Shown: in pieces, positions 33,958-41,679 of the stretch
Numbering within the stretch: the stretch's first letter is position 1
How the letters are laid out: every line of letters starts with the position of its first letter
Source of the DNA: Candidatus Latescibacterota bacterium
GTDB taxonomy: Bacteria > Latescibacterota > UBA2968
Direction: 5' to 3'
DNA length: 54,891 nt
Assembly (NCBI GenBank): GCA_022822565.1
Contig: JAJEAX010000417.1
Coordinates: 1 to 54,891 of the forward strand
The notes under the pieces: model-generated
Database searches by the model: none
Seen by the model: only the letters and a program-made list of their open reading frames with translations
Told to the model about the DNA's origin: nothing
Translations under genes and position numbers: made by a program

Positions 33958-34872
33958 ATGACCGATCCTATTCAAAATTATGCGCGTATTGGTATTGTTC
34001 ACTTTATGGCCTATAAAGCTTGTATTGGCGGCGAAGGTCCCATTTTGGAAACCCTGGAAAAAATCGCCCTTGATCCCTATTTCCAGGTCGTTGAGGTTAC
34101 CCACATGAAAGACCCACAGGTGCGAGCACAAGCACGCGACCTGCTCACCGCTGCCCACATGGATGTGGCATTTGGCGCACAACCCATTCTACTGGGCAAC
34201 CAGTTCAATATCAATGCCCCTGATGTCGCCCACCGCCAAAGCGCTGTTGACGCTGTCAAAGCGGGAATTGACCAGGCCGAAGAACTCGGTGCTCCAGGCT
34301 GTGCTCTGCTTTCAGGCGCAGATCCGGGTACCGAGGGCCGCGAGGAAGGTCTCGACCTGCTGGTAGATTCACTGAGTCAACTCTGCGAGTATGCCGGCGA
34401 AAAAAATATGGATATTGTACTTGAGACCTTTGACCGCGTACAGTATGGCAAAAATTGTATTGTGGGACCTAACGCCCTCGCCGTTGAAGTCTCAAATCGC
34501 CTCAGACGTCAGTATCCCCACTTTGGCCTGATGCTCGATTTGAGCCATTTCCCACTTCAGGGTGAAAGCACGGCTTACGCCATCAACATCGCCCGGGATC
34601 ACATCGTCCACATGCACGTTGGCAATTGCGTGATGTCCAATCCCAATCACCCGGCCTATGGCGATAACCACCCTCGTTTTGGCTGCGAAGATGGTGAAAA
34701 CGACGTACCCGAAGTAGTGGAATTTCTCCGCGAACTGCTCAATATCGGTTATCTCGACCCCGATAAGCGCCCCATCTTGAGCTTTGAAGTCAGCCCGATG
34801 GAAGGAGAATCCTCAGAAATCATTATTGCCAATGCCAAGCGCGTGCTCGACGAGGCGTGGGCGCAAGTCTAA
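33958..34872 (+). CDS. sugar phosphate isomerase/epimerase (xylose-isomerase-like TIM barrel)
   Basis: 304 aa from the ATG at 33958, after GAAAGGAG. Pattern of LETFD / LDLSH / HMHVGN metal-ligand-like motifs. Family call made by eye only. Confidence 0.6.
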   Translation: MTDPIQNYARIGIVHFMAYKACIGGEGPILETLEKIALDPYFQVVEVTHMKDPQVRAQARDLLTAAHMDVAFGAQPILLGNQFNINAPDVAHRQSAVDAVKAGIDQAEELGAPGCALLSGADPGTEGREEGLDLLVDSLSQLCEYAGEKNMDIVLETFDRVQYGKNCIVGPNALAVEVSNRLRRQYPHFGLMLDLSHFPLQGESTAYAINIARDHIVHMHVGNCVMSNPNHPAYGDNHPRFGCEDGENDVPEVVEFLRELLNIGYLDPDKRPILSFEVSPMEGESSEIIIANAKRVLDEAWAQV

Positions 34873-34886
34873 ACGCGCACCAAACT

Positions 34887-34931
34887 AAAAAAGCCGGGCT
34901 TTCCCAAAAGAGAAGGTCCGGCTATTTTTTT
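34887..34931. terminator. bidirectional intrinsic terminator
   Basis: AGCCGG...CCGGCT stem flanked by AAAAA and ATTTTTTT, between convergent genes. Confidence 0.6.
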
Positions 34932-34944
34932 AATCGCGAAATAC

Positions 34945-35691
34945 TCAATTCCAATATTCACTTTGTGCAGGAGGTCCAGACTTTAATGCCCTGTGAATCA
35001 ACAGGCCCAAAACACGCGTAAAAATCACCAGTAAAAAAAAATTAAACACCGAAGTCAGCACCAACCCCACCCAGGCCAACTGTCCCAATATCAAACTGCC
35101 GAGCAGAGATATCCCGAACAGACCAAAACACGCTTGAATATAGTCGAATCGAACAATCTGGCGCAAATCCCTCCAAACAGGCCCCGGCTCAAATACCATC
35201 CACACACGTCCCTTAGCGGCAAATCGCGCAAATACAACAGGAAAAAAGCCGTAAAAAAAGATGACCATAAGTGTAATCAACAGCAACAGAGGCGCGGTTT
35301 CTTCTACAGAACTCGGTATCAAACCCAATACCAAAATCACCATCGAAAAACTCGCAAATCCAATGACGCCATATCCCAGGACAATGAGGAACAACCAGAA
35401 GCCCGCTACTCCGTAAGCCCACCAATTGCTCCACGAAGGCAAGCTCAGTGATTCAGTACCGTTGAGTGCATCGACAAAAATCCGGTATAAGTAACCCCAG
35501 GCAATGAACAAAAGGCCAAAGGTTACAATCAACAACACGCCCCCTATTCCAAACCCAATTTGTCCGGTGAGAATCAGATTCAGCACCAGTGCGAGTAGCA
35601 AATTTAATGCGCCGCCAGGGACAATTTTTTGCCACCATCCAGGCGTCTGCAACACAGTGCGGAGTGTATTAAATAAAATAATGCCAAACAT
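34945..35691 (-). CDS. multi-pass membrane protein, DUF4013-like
   Basis: 248 aa from the internal ATG (MFGIILFNTL), 13 nt after the upstream stop. GY..R......LP.WS.WW pattern and about 6 TM segments. Confidence 0.6.
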   Translation of the reverse strand: MFGIILFNTLRTVLQTPGWWQKIVPGGALNLLLALVLNLILTGQIGFGIGGVLLIVTFGLLFIAWGYLYRIFVDALNGTESLSLPSWSNWWAYGVAGFWLFLIVLGYGVIGFASFSMVILVLGLIPSSVEETAPLLLLITLMVIFFYGFFPVVFARFAAKGRVWMVFEPGPVWRDLRQIVRFDYIQACFGLFGISLLGSLILGQLAWVGLVLTSVFNFFLLVIFTRVLGLLIHRALKSGPPAQSEYWN

Positions 35692-35704
35692 AGCTTTCCA
35701 CGTG

Positions 35705-36898
35705 TCAGACTGCGTCGAGTGCCCGTCCAATATCGGCAATAATATCCTCGGCGTCTTCAATGCCCACGGCATAGCGCACCAACTCATCGGCAATGCCAAT
35801 TGCCAATCGGTCTTCGCGTGCCAATTCGTAATACGAAATAGATGCGGGATGCGAAACAAGACTCTCCACACCTCCCAGGCTGGCCCCTATACACGGAATT
35901 CGCAAGCGGTCAATAAAACCCAGCGTACCTGCCTCATCCGCATCTAAATCAAAACTCACCAGGCCACCAAATCCACGCATCTGCGCTTTGGCAACACCGT
36001 GGTGTGGGTGGCTTTCCAAACCGGGATAATACACGCGCTTTACCCGATCGTGTTTTTCCAAAAACCGCGCCAACATTAGCGCCGTTTCATTTTGCTTACC
36101 CATTCGCAGTGGAAAAGTCTTGATCCCCCGGATCAGCAAATAAGCACAATGCGGATCAATCACACCTCCCAAAATACCCCGATAGTCTCGAATTGCACCA
36201 ACCAGAGGCGCGTTGCCCAGCACAGCGCCAGCCATCAAATCGTTGTGTCCACCCAAATACTTGGTCGCTGAATGAATGACCAGATCGACGCCAAATTCGA
36301 GCGGGCACTGGTTTAAGGGCGTGGCAAATGTGCTGTCAATAATTGTCTTGACCCGATGCCTTTTTCCAATGTCAACCAACTTTTCCAGATCAATCACATT
36401 GAGATGGGGATTTGTCGGAGATTCAGAAATAATCACGCGCGTATTATCCTGGATTGCGCCTTCCAATTCGGCGTAATCACCCGCGTGAACAAATGTGGTT
36501 TCAATGCCAAATTTTTTTAACACCATCTGGCAAAATTGCGCGGTTTTGCGATAGCAATCATCCATAATCACCGCGTGGTGCCCGGTTGAGAGCATGCCCA
36601 GCAGCGTGGTTGTTACAGCACTCATACCCGAGGAAAATAAAATAGCGGCCTCTGCGCCTTCCAATTCTGCCAGCTTGGATTCTGCTGCATGCTGTGTTGG
36701 ATTGCCATAGCGTCCGTAGTCAATCTGTGGGTTTTTGCCCGCCACGAATGCCTTAACCGCACGTGTATCTTCAAATACATAAGTCGATGTTTGCGCAATG
36801 GGCACTGTCAGAGAATTTCCCCAGTGTCCCCTTTCTTCACCTGCATGTACAGCCCGTGTCCCCGAACAGGGGCCGTGCGTTTCGCACTTTTCAGACAT
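35705..36898 (-). CDS. Cys/Met-metabolism PLP enzyme (cystathionine gamma-synthase / beta-lyase / gamma-lyase family)
   Basis: 397 aa from the ATG at 36898. SATKYLGGHND PLP-lysine motif. Exact specificity cannot be assigned. Confidence 0.85.
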   Translation of the reverse strand: MSEKCETHGPCSGTRAVHAGEERGHWGNSLTVPIAQTSTYVFEDTRAVKAFVAGKNPQIDYGRYGNPTQHAAESKLAELEGAEAAILFSSGMSAVTTTLLGMLSTGHHAVIMDDCYRKTAQFCQMVLKKFGIETTFVHAGDYAELEGAIQDNTRVIISESPTNPHLNVIDLEKLVDIGKRHRVKTIIDSTFATPLNQCPLEFGVDLVIHSATKYLGGHNDLMAGAVLGNAPLVGAIRDYRGILGGVIDPHCAYLLIRGIKTFPLRMGKQNETALMLARFLEKHDRVKRVYYPGLESHPHHGVAKAQMRGFGGLVSFDLDADEAGTLGFIDRLRIPCIGASLGGVESLVSHPASISYYELAREDRLAIGIADELVRYAVGIEDAEDIIADIGRALDAV

Positions 36899-36908
36899 GC
36901 GCCATCTC

Positions 36909-36937
36909 CAAAAAAAGCGGAGCCACAAAAGCCCCGC
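36909..36937 (-). terminator. leader terminator T2 directly upstream of the PLP-enzyme SD
   Basis: Minus strand GCGGGGC-TTTTGTG-GCTCCGC followed by TTTTTTTGGAG. Confidence 0.5.
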
Positions 36938-36945
36938 GCAGTACG

Positions 36946-36972
36946 CAAAAAAACCGGACTAAAAAGCCCGGT
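36946..36972 (-). terminator. leader terminator T1
   Basis: Minus strand ACCGGGC-TTTTTA-GTCCGGT followed by TTTTTTTG. Confidence 0.5.
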
Positions 36973-37053
36973 TTTGGGAATAACTTTTTAGCGACTTGTT
37001 TAAAGTGGCTGCAATATGCCGCAAATCACCACTCGCCATAGCTGTATTTTGGG

Positions 37054-37082
37054 AATGTAACCAAAACCCTCAACCCTGTCAA
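37054..37082 (-). promoter_or_regulatory. promoter of the PLP-enzyme leader
   Basis: Minus strand TTGACA (37082-37077), 17 nt, TACATT (37059-37054). Confidence 0.4.
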
Positions 37083-37105
37083 CCTCCGCATTGAGCATCT
37101 AATTT

Positions 37106-37150
37106 TATCTGCGCCCATCTGCGCCATCTGCGTCCATCTGCGGATACCTG
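37106..37150 (-). repeat. tandem decamer element, copy A
   Basis: Plus strand TATCTGCGCC CATCTGCGC CATCTGCGTC CATCTGCGGATACCTG, starting 5 nt after the thrC stop. Confidence 0.8.
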
Positions 37151-37154
37151 TCAA

Positions 37155-38519
37155 CTATCGGTTGGCTTCAATCCGGTCGAGAATCGCCTTTTTTACTGCA
37201 TCGATCTCAGGGGGCAACACAACGGGTTCATTGCGGTAATGCGGGCTTACCCCCCATTCCTGTAACTGATCCCGATGATATCCGAGCTTAAACTCACTAA
37301 ACTTCAACCCGTGAGCCGTTGAAATCACGATCACGCGATCGCTTTTCTGAATTACGCCCCTGTCAATCAACTTGAACAATGCCGCGAAAGCCACCCCGGT
37401 GTGCGGGCATGCAAACAAGCCCGTACGGTCGGCACGCGCAGCCGCATCGGCCAATTCTTCTTCGCTGGCTTGTTCTACGACACCGCCGAATATTTTGAGC
37501 GTTTGAATCGCTTTTTCCCGACTCACCGGATTGCCGATCTGGATCGCACTGGCCAATGTCGGCTGTGCCTGAATCGGTTCAAAACGATCAAAATTCTTTT
37601 CAAAACTTCGATAGAGCGGATTGGCCCTATCGGCCTGTGCAACCGCAATGCGCGGCAGTCGGTCAATTAGCCCAAGGGCCTCCATTTCGAGAAAGCCTTT
37701 GCCCAGCGCACTCACATTGCCCAGATTTCCGCCGGGAATCACAATCCAATCGGGCACTTCCCAATCAAATTGCTGTACCAACTCGATGCTGATTGTTTTT
37801 TGCCCCTCCACCCGCAGTGAATTCATCGAATTGGCCAAATAGATATTTTCCTCGTGGCAAATCTCCTGCACCAGCCTCATACATCCATCAAAGTCGGTCT
37901 CCAAACTCAGCACCAGTGCACCATTGGCCAGGGGCTGCAAAAGTTGTGCAGTCGAGATTTTGTCCCTCGGTAAAAAAACCACCGATTGTATGCCCGCCGC
38001 TGCACAATACGCAGCCAATGCCGCCGAGGTGTCCCCAGTAGATGCACACGCAACCGCCGGAATACGCTTCCCTTCAAATAGCATCTGTTTCACCATGGAT
38101 ACCAGCACCGTCATGCCCAAATCTTTGAACGATCCCGTATGGCTATTGCCGCATTGCTTAACCCACAAATCGTCAACGCCAATTTCTCGCCCCAAACGCT
38201 CGGCCCAAAACAGATTGCTACCCCCCTCGTACATCGACACCACATTGTCTTCGTGAACCACGGGGCAGACCAGTTCTTTTTTCCCCCATACAGAACTGCC
38301 ATAAGGCCATTTCGTCGTCATATAACGCTTATCAAATAACCCGCGCCAATAACTGCCCGGCTTGCGTTTGAGCATCTCCATATCGTGCGCCACTTCGAGT
38401 AACCCTCCGCACTTTGGACATGCGTAAATCACATCCGTCAACGCATATCGCCCTTCGCATCCGTGAAAACACCGAAACCAAGCATTGTAAGTTGTATCGT
38501 TCATATTTTCGTTACGCAT
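37155..38519 (-). CDS. thrC: threonine synthase (long form with N-terminal Cys-rich segment)
   Basis: PLP-fold motifs ([12 protein letters not shown]). N-terminal FRCFHGCEG...CPKCGG. Start is the ATG at 38519 or 38504, neither with a clear SD. Confidence 0.9.
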   Translation of the reverse strand: MRNENMNDTTYNAWFRCFHGCEGRYALTDVIYACPKCGGLLEVAHDMEMLKRKPGSYWRGLFDKRYMTTKWPYGSSVWGKKELVCPVVHEDNVVSMYEGGSNLFWAERLGREIGVDDLWVKQCGNSHTGSFKDLGMTVLVSMVKQMLFEGKRIPAVACASTGDTSAALAAYCAAAGIQSVVFLPRDKISTAQLLQPLANGALVLSLETDFDGCMRLVQEICHEENIYLANSMNSLRVEGQKTISIELVQQFDWEVPDWIVIPGGNLGNVSALGKGFLEMEALGLIDRLPRIAVAQADRANPLYRSFEKNFDRFEPIQAQPTLASAIQIGNPVSREKAIQTLKIFGGVVEQASEEELADAAARADRTGLFACPHTGVAFAALFKLIDRGVIQKSDRVIVISTAHGLKFSEFKLGYHRDQLQEWGVSPHYRNEPVVLPPEIDAVKKAILDRIEANR

Positions 38520-38577
38520 TATGACAAAACTCAGCACAAATGCACTAAACTCGCCAACACTTCCACATATCACAGAA

Positions 38578-38838
38578 TTATTTCAATGGAGCTATTTTGC
38601 CGGGATCCTCTAAATCTTGCGCTCGTTCCCAAGCTGCCCGCAATTCCGCTTGATGCAAAGACGCCCAGCGAAGCACAAGTCGTTGCTCTCTTGTTGGCAA
38701 GAAGCCTTTTAGTACTTCAAGAGTTTCAATTCCAATAACTGCCTGGTTATCACCATACAGTGCGTGAAAATGCGCTGGCGGATGTTCTCTAAAATGAATT
38801 TGGATGATAATTCCGTAAAAGCGACAAAGTTCAGGCAT
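38578..38838 (-). CDS. DUF4160 domain protein
   Basis: 86 aa. [29 protein letters not shown] matches the DUF4160 signature. Overlaps the upstream gene by 8 nt. Confidence 0.75.
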   Translation of the reverse strand: MPELCRFYGIIIQIHFREHPPAHFHALYGDNQAVIGIETLEVLKGFLPTREQRLVLRWASLHQAELRAAWERAQDLEDPGKIAPLK

Positions 38839-39115
38839 TCTCAATCGCAACTTGTGCGCCCGACATTACTTCGTCCACAGACTTGCCCGTGAGTTCCATA
38901 TATAGCGCGTCAGAACAAATATCCAGATCATCGCCCCAGGCTATTGCACCCCCATCTGCTACGCGCACAATCTCGAAGAATGCGCGATCATTCCAGGCAG
39001 CAAACACGCCACGCCCAGCCATATCTGATAAGTCTATCTCTCCCTCGATTCCGTCCGAATAGCGCACCCAGATGCAATAACCATCACGCGGTTCCACTGC
39101 AATTGGTCGTATCAT
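38831..39115 (-). CDS. DUF2442 domain protein
   Basis: 94 aa. ...YCIWVRYSDGIEGEIDLS...ICSDALY pattern typical of DUF2442. Confidence 0.7.
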   Translation of the reverse strand: MIRPIAVEPRDGYCIWVRYSDGIEGEIDLSDMAGRGVFAAWNDRAFFEIVRVADGGAIAWGDDLDICSDALYMELTGKSVDEVMSGAQVAIENA

Positions 39116-39141
39116 TGCACTTCTCCTTTTGCTACCGTTTC

Positions 39142-39189
39142 AATTATCCTAACAAACAAAAGTGTAGCAACAACGCCATTTTGTCAACC
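39142..39189 (-). promoter_or_regulatory. conserved promoter module, copy 1 (upstream of DUF2442/DUF4160)
   Basis: Minus strand GGTTGACAAAATGGCGTTGTTGCTACACTTTTGTTTGTTAGGATAATT. TTGCTA, 17 nt, ATAATT. 42 of 49 aligned positions match copy 2. Confidence 0.5.
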
Positions 39190-39297
39190 GTATTTCAAAA
39201 TATCCCGACATTTTGGACTTGCTGCATACGTCATTTTGACATATAACTTAAGAATGGAAAGAGTCATATTTGATTCACGTCGAGGAGATCAATAAAC

Positions 39298-39705
39298 ATG
39301 ACCACTAAAGAACAATATGGAACTTCTGAACTGGAGAGGGACTTTGGACAGTTGACATTCGGAAATGCCCTATCCAGCTATCGAACAGGAGAAGAAAAAA
39401 GCCAGAGAGCGTTTGCTGGTTTTTTGGGCATTTCACCTCAAAGCCTTTGTGACATAGAAAAAGAAAGAAGGATTCCAAGCCCCAGTAGAGCAGCCAAAAT
39501 TGCCAGACAACTCGGCGAGCCAGAAAGCTTCTGGGTACAGCTTGCGTTACAGGATATGCTTCGAAAAGAAAATTTGAACCTCGTTGTTTCCATACTCGCG
39601 GAAGACTATCTGGCTCAAGAGGCGAAACAAGGTAAACGTGCGGATTTCGAAAAAGTCTTAAAGGCCGTGCCACATGTCGAACCAGCAGAACATGATCGGA
39701 TCTAA
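39298..39705 (+). CDS. XRE-family HTH transcriptional regulator (orphan)
   Basis: 135 aa. ...SQRAFAGFLGISPQSLCDIEKERRIPS... HTH_3 pattern. Confidence 0.8.
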   Translation: MTTKEQYGTSELERDFGQLTFGNALSSYRTGEEKSQRAFAGFLGISPQSLCDIEKERRIPSPSRAAKIARQLGEPESFWVQLALQDMLRKENLNLVVSILAEDYLAQEAKQGKRADFEKVLKAVPHVEPAEHDRI

Positions 39706-39862
39706 ATTCAGGCCATCTCCCAGGTTGCCCACAAAGATAGATCTATTTCATGACGTCTCTTTGCCAAATTATCCAATTGTGCCATCGCTGTCCAGATTGT
39801 ATTTCGCATTATACTGCTCATCGCCTTGACTTAACCCGAACTGTGCTACAAACTGCAAAAAA

Positions 39863-40258
39863 TCATTTCCTGAAAGAACTCTTGCTGATATACCCATATT
39901 TGCCACCGATTTTCACCCAAGCTAAGCCCTCCGAAAAAATGACGCTGATAAAGTCAAATTGCGGATTGATAACATATTTACCTGACTTGTTGATATACCC
40001 CCATCTATCACCGATTGCCACATGAGCCAATCCCTCTGAAAACAGCCAAGCATCGTCAAATTGTGGTTTGATAACATATTCTCCTGATTTGTCGATATAA
40101 CCCCACCTACTATCAATTTTCGCAGAAGCCAAACCTTCTGAAAAAGGTCGGGCATCCTCAAATTGTGGTTTGATAGCATATTGTATTTCGGCCTCAATCG
40201 AAACAGAGCGAGAAAATAACACGGTTGAGAATATCAGGATGTATAACAGCCTGGTCAT
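39863..40258 (-). CDS. secreted WG-repeat (KWG-type) protein
   Basis: 131 aa with a signal peptide and three FSEGLA...WGYI(D/N)KSG.YVI.PQF repeats. Confidence 0.75.
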   Translation of the reverse strand: MTRLLYILIFSTVLFSRSVSIEAEIQYAIKPQFEDARPFSEGLASAKIDSRWGYIDKSGEYVIKPQFDDAWLFSEGLAHVAIGDRWGYINKSGKYVINPQFDFISVIFSEGLAWVKIGGKYGYISKSSFRK

Positions 40259-40320
40259 TGCCGCACCTTCCTTTCTTGTAATTTATCCTGAAGTTTTTCC
40301 TACGTCAAAACTGTATGGCA

Positions 40321-41271
40321 TTAGTCGTTTTTGTTCTTCATGTAGTCACACCAACCGCACAAGGGAGAACTATCCAGTTCTTCCGGCAAAATGTTATCAC
40401 CGCATCTGATACATATATGCGTTGCTTCATGATCGCAGTAGGCGCACTTCCTTTCAGAGATCACATACGATTCTTTTGAGCACTCCGGGCATGAAACATA
40501 GGGAAACTCATTACCATCTGTAAACGATAGATACAGTTCCCAACTCAACTCATCCGAGATCGCTCTGGGAATCAATTCTTCGGCTGTTTCCCCATTCCCA
40601 CAAGCACGACACTGCAATGAGACTTGGTCTCGTGGGGAGTTCGTTGGTGTCGCCATCAGCAGGTCAGCTCCACACTCTACACAGTGCAGATTCTCCACTG
40701 CTCCAAAGAGAGTTGGCGAGTTCCAATCAATTGATTCTATCGTTTCATCACATGCTATACGCTCCACTTGGTAAACCTCGGCGATCTGTAGCATTTTGTC
40801 CCAAGTCCTCTCACCAAGGAGGTCCCTAGGTTCTTCGTGCAATTCTCTATCAATGAAGTCCCTGAGTAAAACAAAGGCATTGGCTATTACGCTCTTAAGT
40901 GCCTCTGCATTGATGGTTGAGTAGTAGTGTTCGACATTATTGCGGGCCTTCCGAATATTCTCGAATTTTTTCCAGTTAGTCGTGATTCCAATGGCCGAGA
41001 AACGCTCTTGAATCTGATGGCTATCTACAGTCTTTCGTCCAGTACCTACAGCGACAACCTTCCCCGCGGGATTCTTCTGGAGTTGTACTTGTGCCTTGAT
41101 CAGAACCTCATTTGATTCTGGAGGAGATTTGCGTCTTAGGGCTTCCTTGTAGAAAAGCAACAGTCCGGCATAGACATTTCGGACAGAAGCAAGCAGCCTG
41201 CGACGGCTTCCATCTTCATAGTCCTCAATCCCAACCTGAATTGCCTCAATGGCGTTTGTCAGCAAATTCAT
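40321..41271 (-). CDS. hypothetical protein: HEPN-like helical N-domain + three C-terminal zinc ribbons
   Basis: 316 aa from the ATG at 41271, 6 nt after GGAGG. RKARNNVEH fits the HEPN Rx4-6H motif. CxxC pairs: CVEC...CRAC, CPEC...CAYC, CIRC...CGWC. Confidence 0.55.
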   Translation of the reverse strand: MNLLTNAIEAIQVGIEDYEDGSRRRLLASVRNVYAGLLLFYKEALRRKSPPESNEVLIKAQVQLQKNPAGKVVAVGTGRKTVDSHQIQERFSAIGITTNWKKFENIRKARNNVEHYYSTINAEALKSVIANAFVLLRDFIDRELHEEPRDLLGERTWDKMLQIAEVYQVERIACDETIESIDWNSPTLFGAVENLHCVECGADLLMATPTNSPRDQVSLQCRACGNGETAEELIPRAISDELSWELYLSFTDGNEFPYVSCPECSKESYVISERKCAYCDHEATHICIRCGDNILPEELDSSPLCGWCDYMKNKND

Positions 41272-41376
41272 AGTGGCCTCCATATAACTCGTCAATGTAC
41301 CATGAATTACTGCCTGGGAGAACGAAGGTGAAATGCACAACGGATTTTTTTATCGAATTGCTACGAGATTTTGTTT

Positions 41377-41679
41377 TCATTTCACCAACCCCTTCTGGCG
41401 TCCGCGGCGTAGGGTGCGTTTTTGATCATTGGAACTTGAAGGATAGGCGGTGATGACGCGTCCATCTCGTATGACTACCTTGCGATTTGCAAGCCGGCTC
41501 AACGTTTGTATCTCTCGCTTTCGGATCTCGATTTCGCGGTTGGCATCCCGGTTACGCATAAAATAGGTCTCACCGTCAATCTTTGTTCCACACGCGAGAA
41601 TGATCGGAATATCTGACTTGCGAATGCCGCGCTGTTGCATGCGCGTTTTGGCAGGCCGTGTGTAGATTATGTCGGTCAT
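41377..41679 (-). CDS. DUF4258-like small protein (putative toxin component)
   Basis: 100 aa. ...TRPAKTRMQQRGI...RVITAY resembles the DUF4258 core. ATGA overlap with the upstream gene and an AAGGAGG SD. Confidence 0.5.
   Translation of the reverse strand: MTDIIYTRPAKTRMQQRGIRKSDIPIILACGTKIDGETYFMRNRDANREIEIRKREIQTLSRLANRKVVIRDGRVITAYPSSSNDQKRTLRRGRQKGLVK

Noticed and set aside
36960-37040. 26-codon ORF in the PLP-enzyme leader (MASGDLRHIAATLNKSLKSYSQNRAF) as a leader peptide for attenuation.
   Set aside because: It has no SD and no run of Met, Cys or Thr codons that would make it a regulatory leader peptide.
37106-37150. Possibility that the tandem CATCTGCG repeats are a CRISPR array.
   Set aside because: The units are only 9-10 nt, directly abutting with no spacers, with 3-4 units per locus and no cas genes. 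This is not CRISPR.
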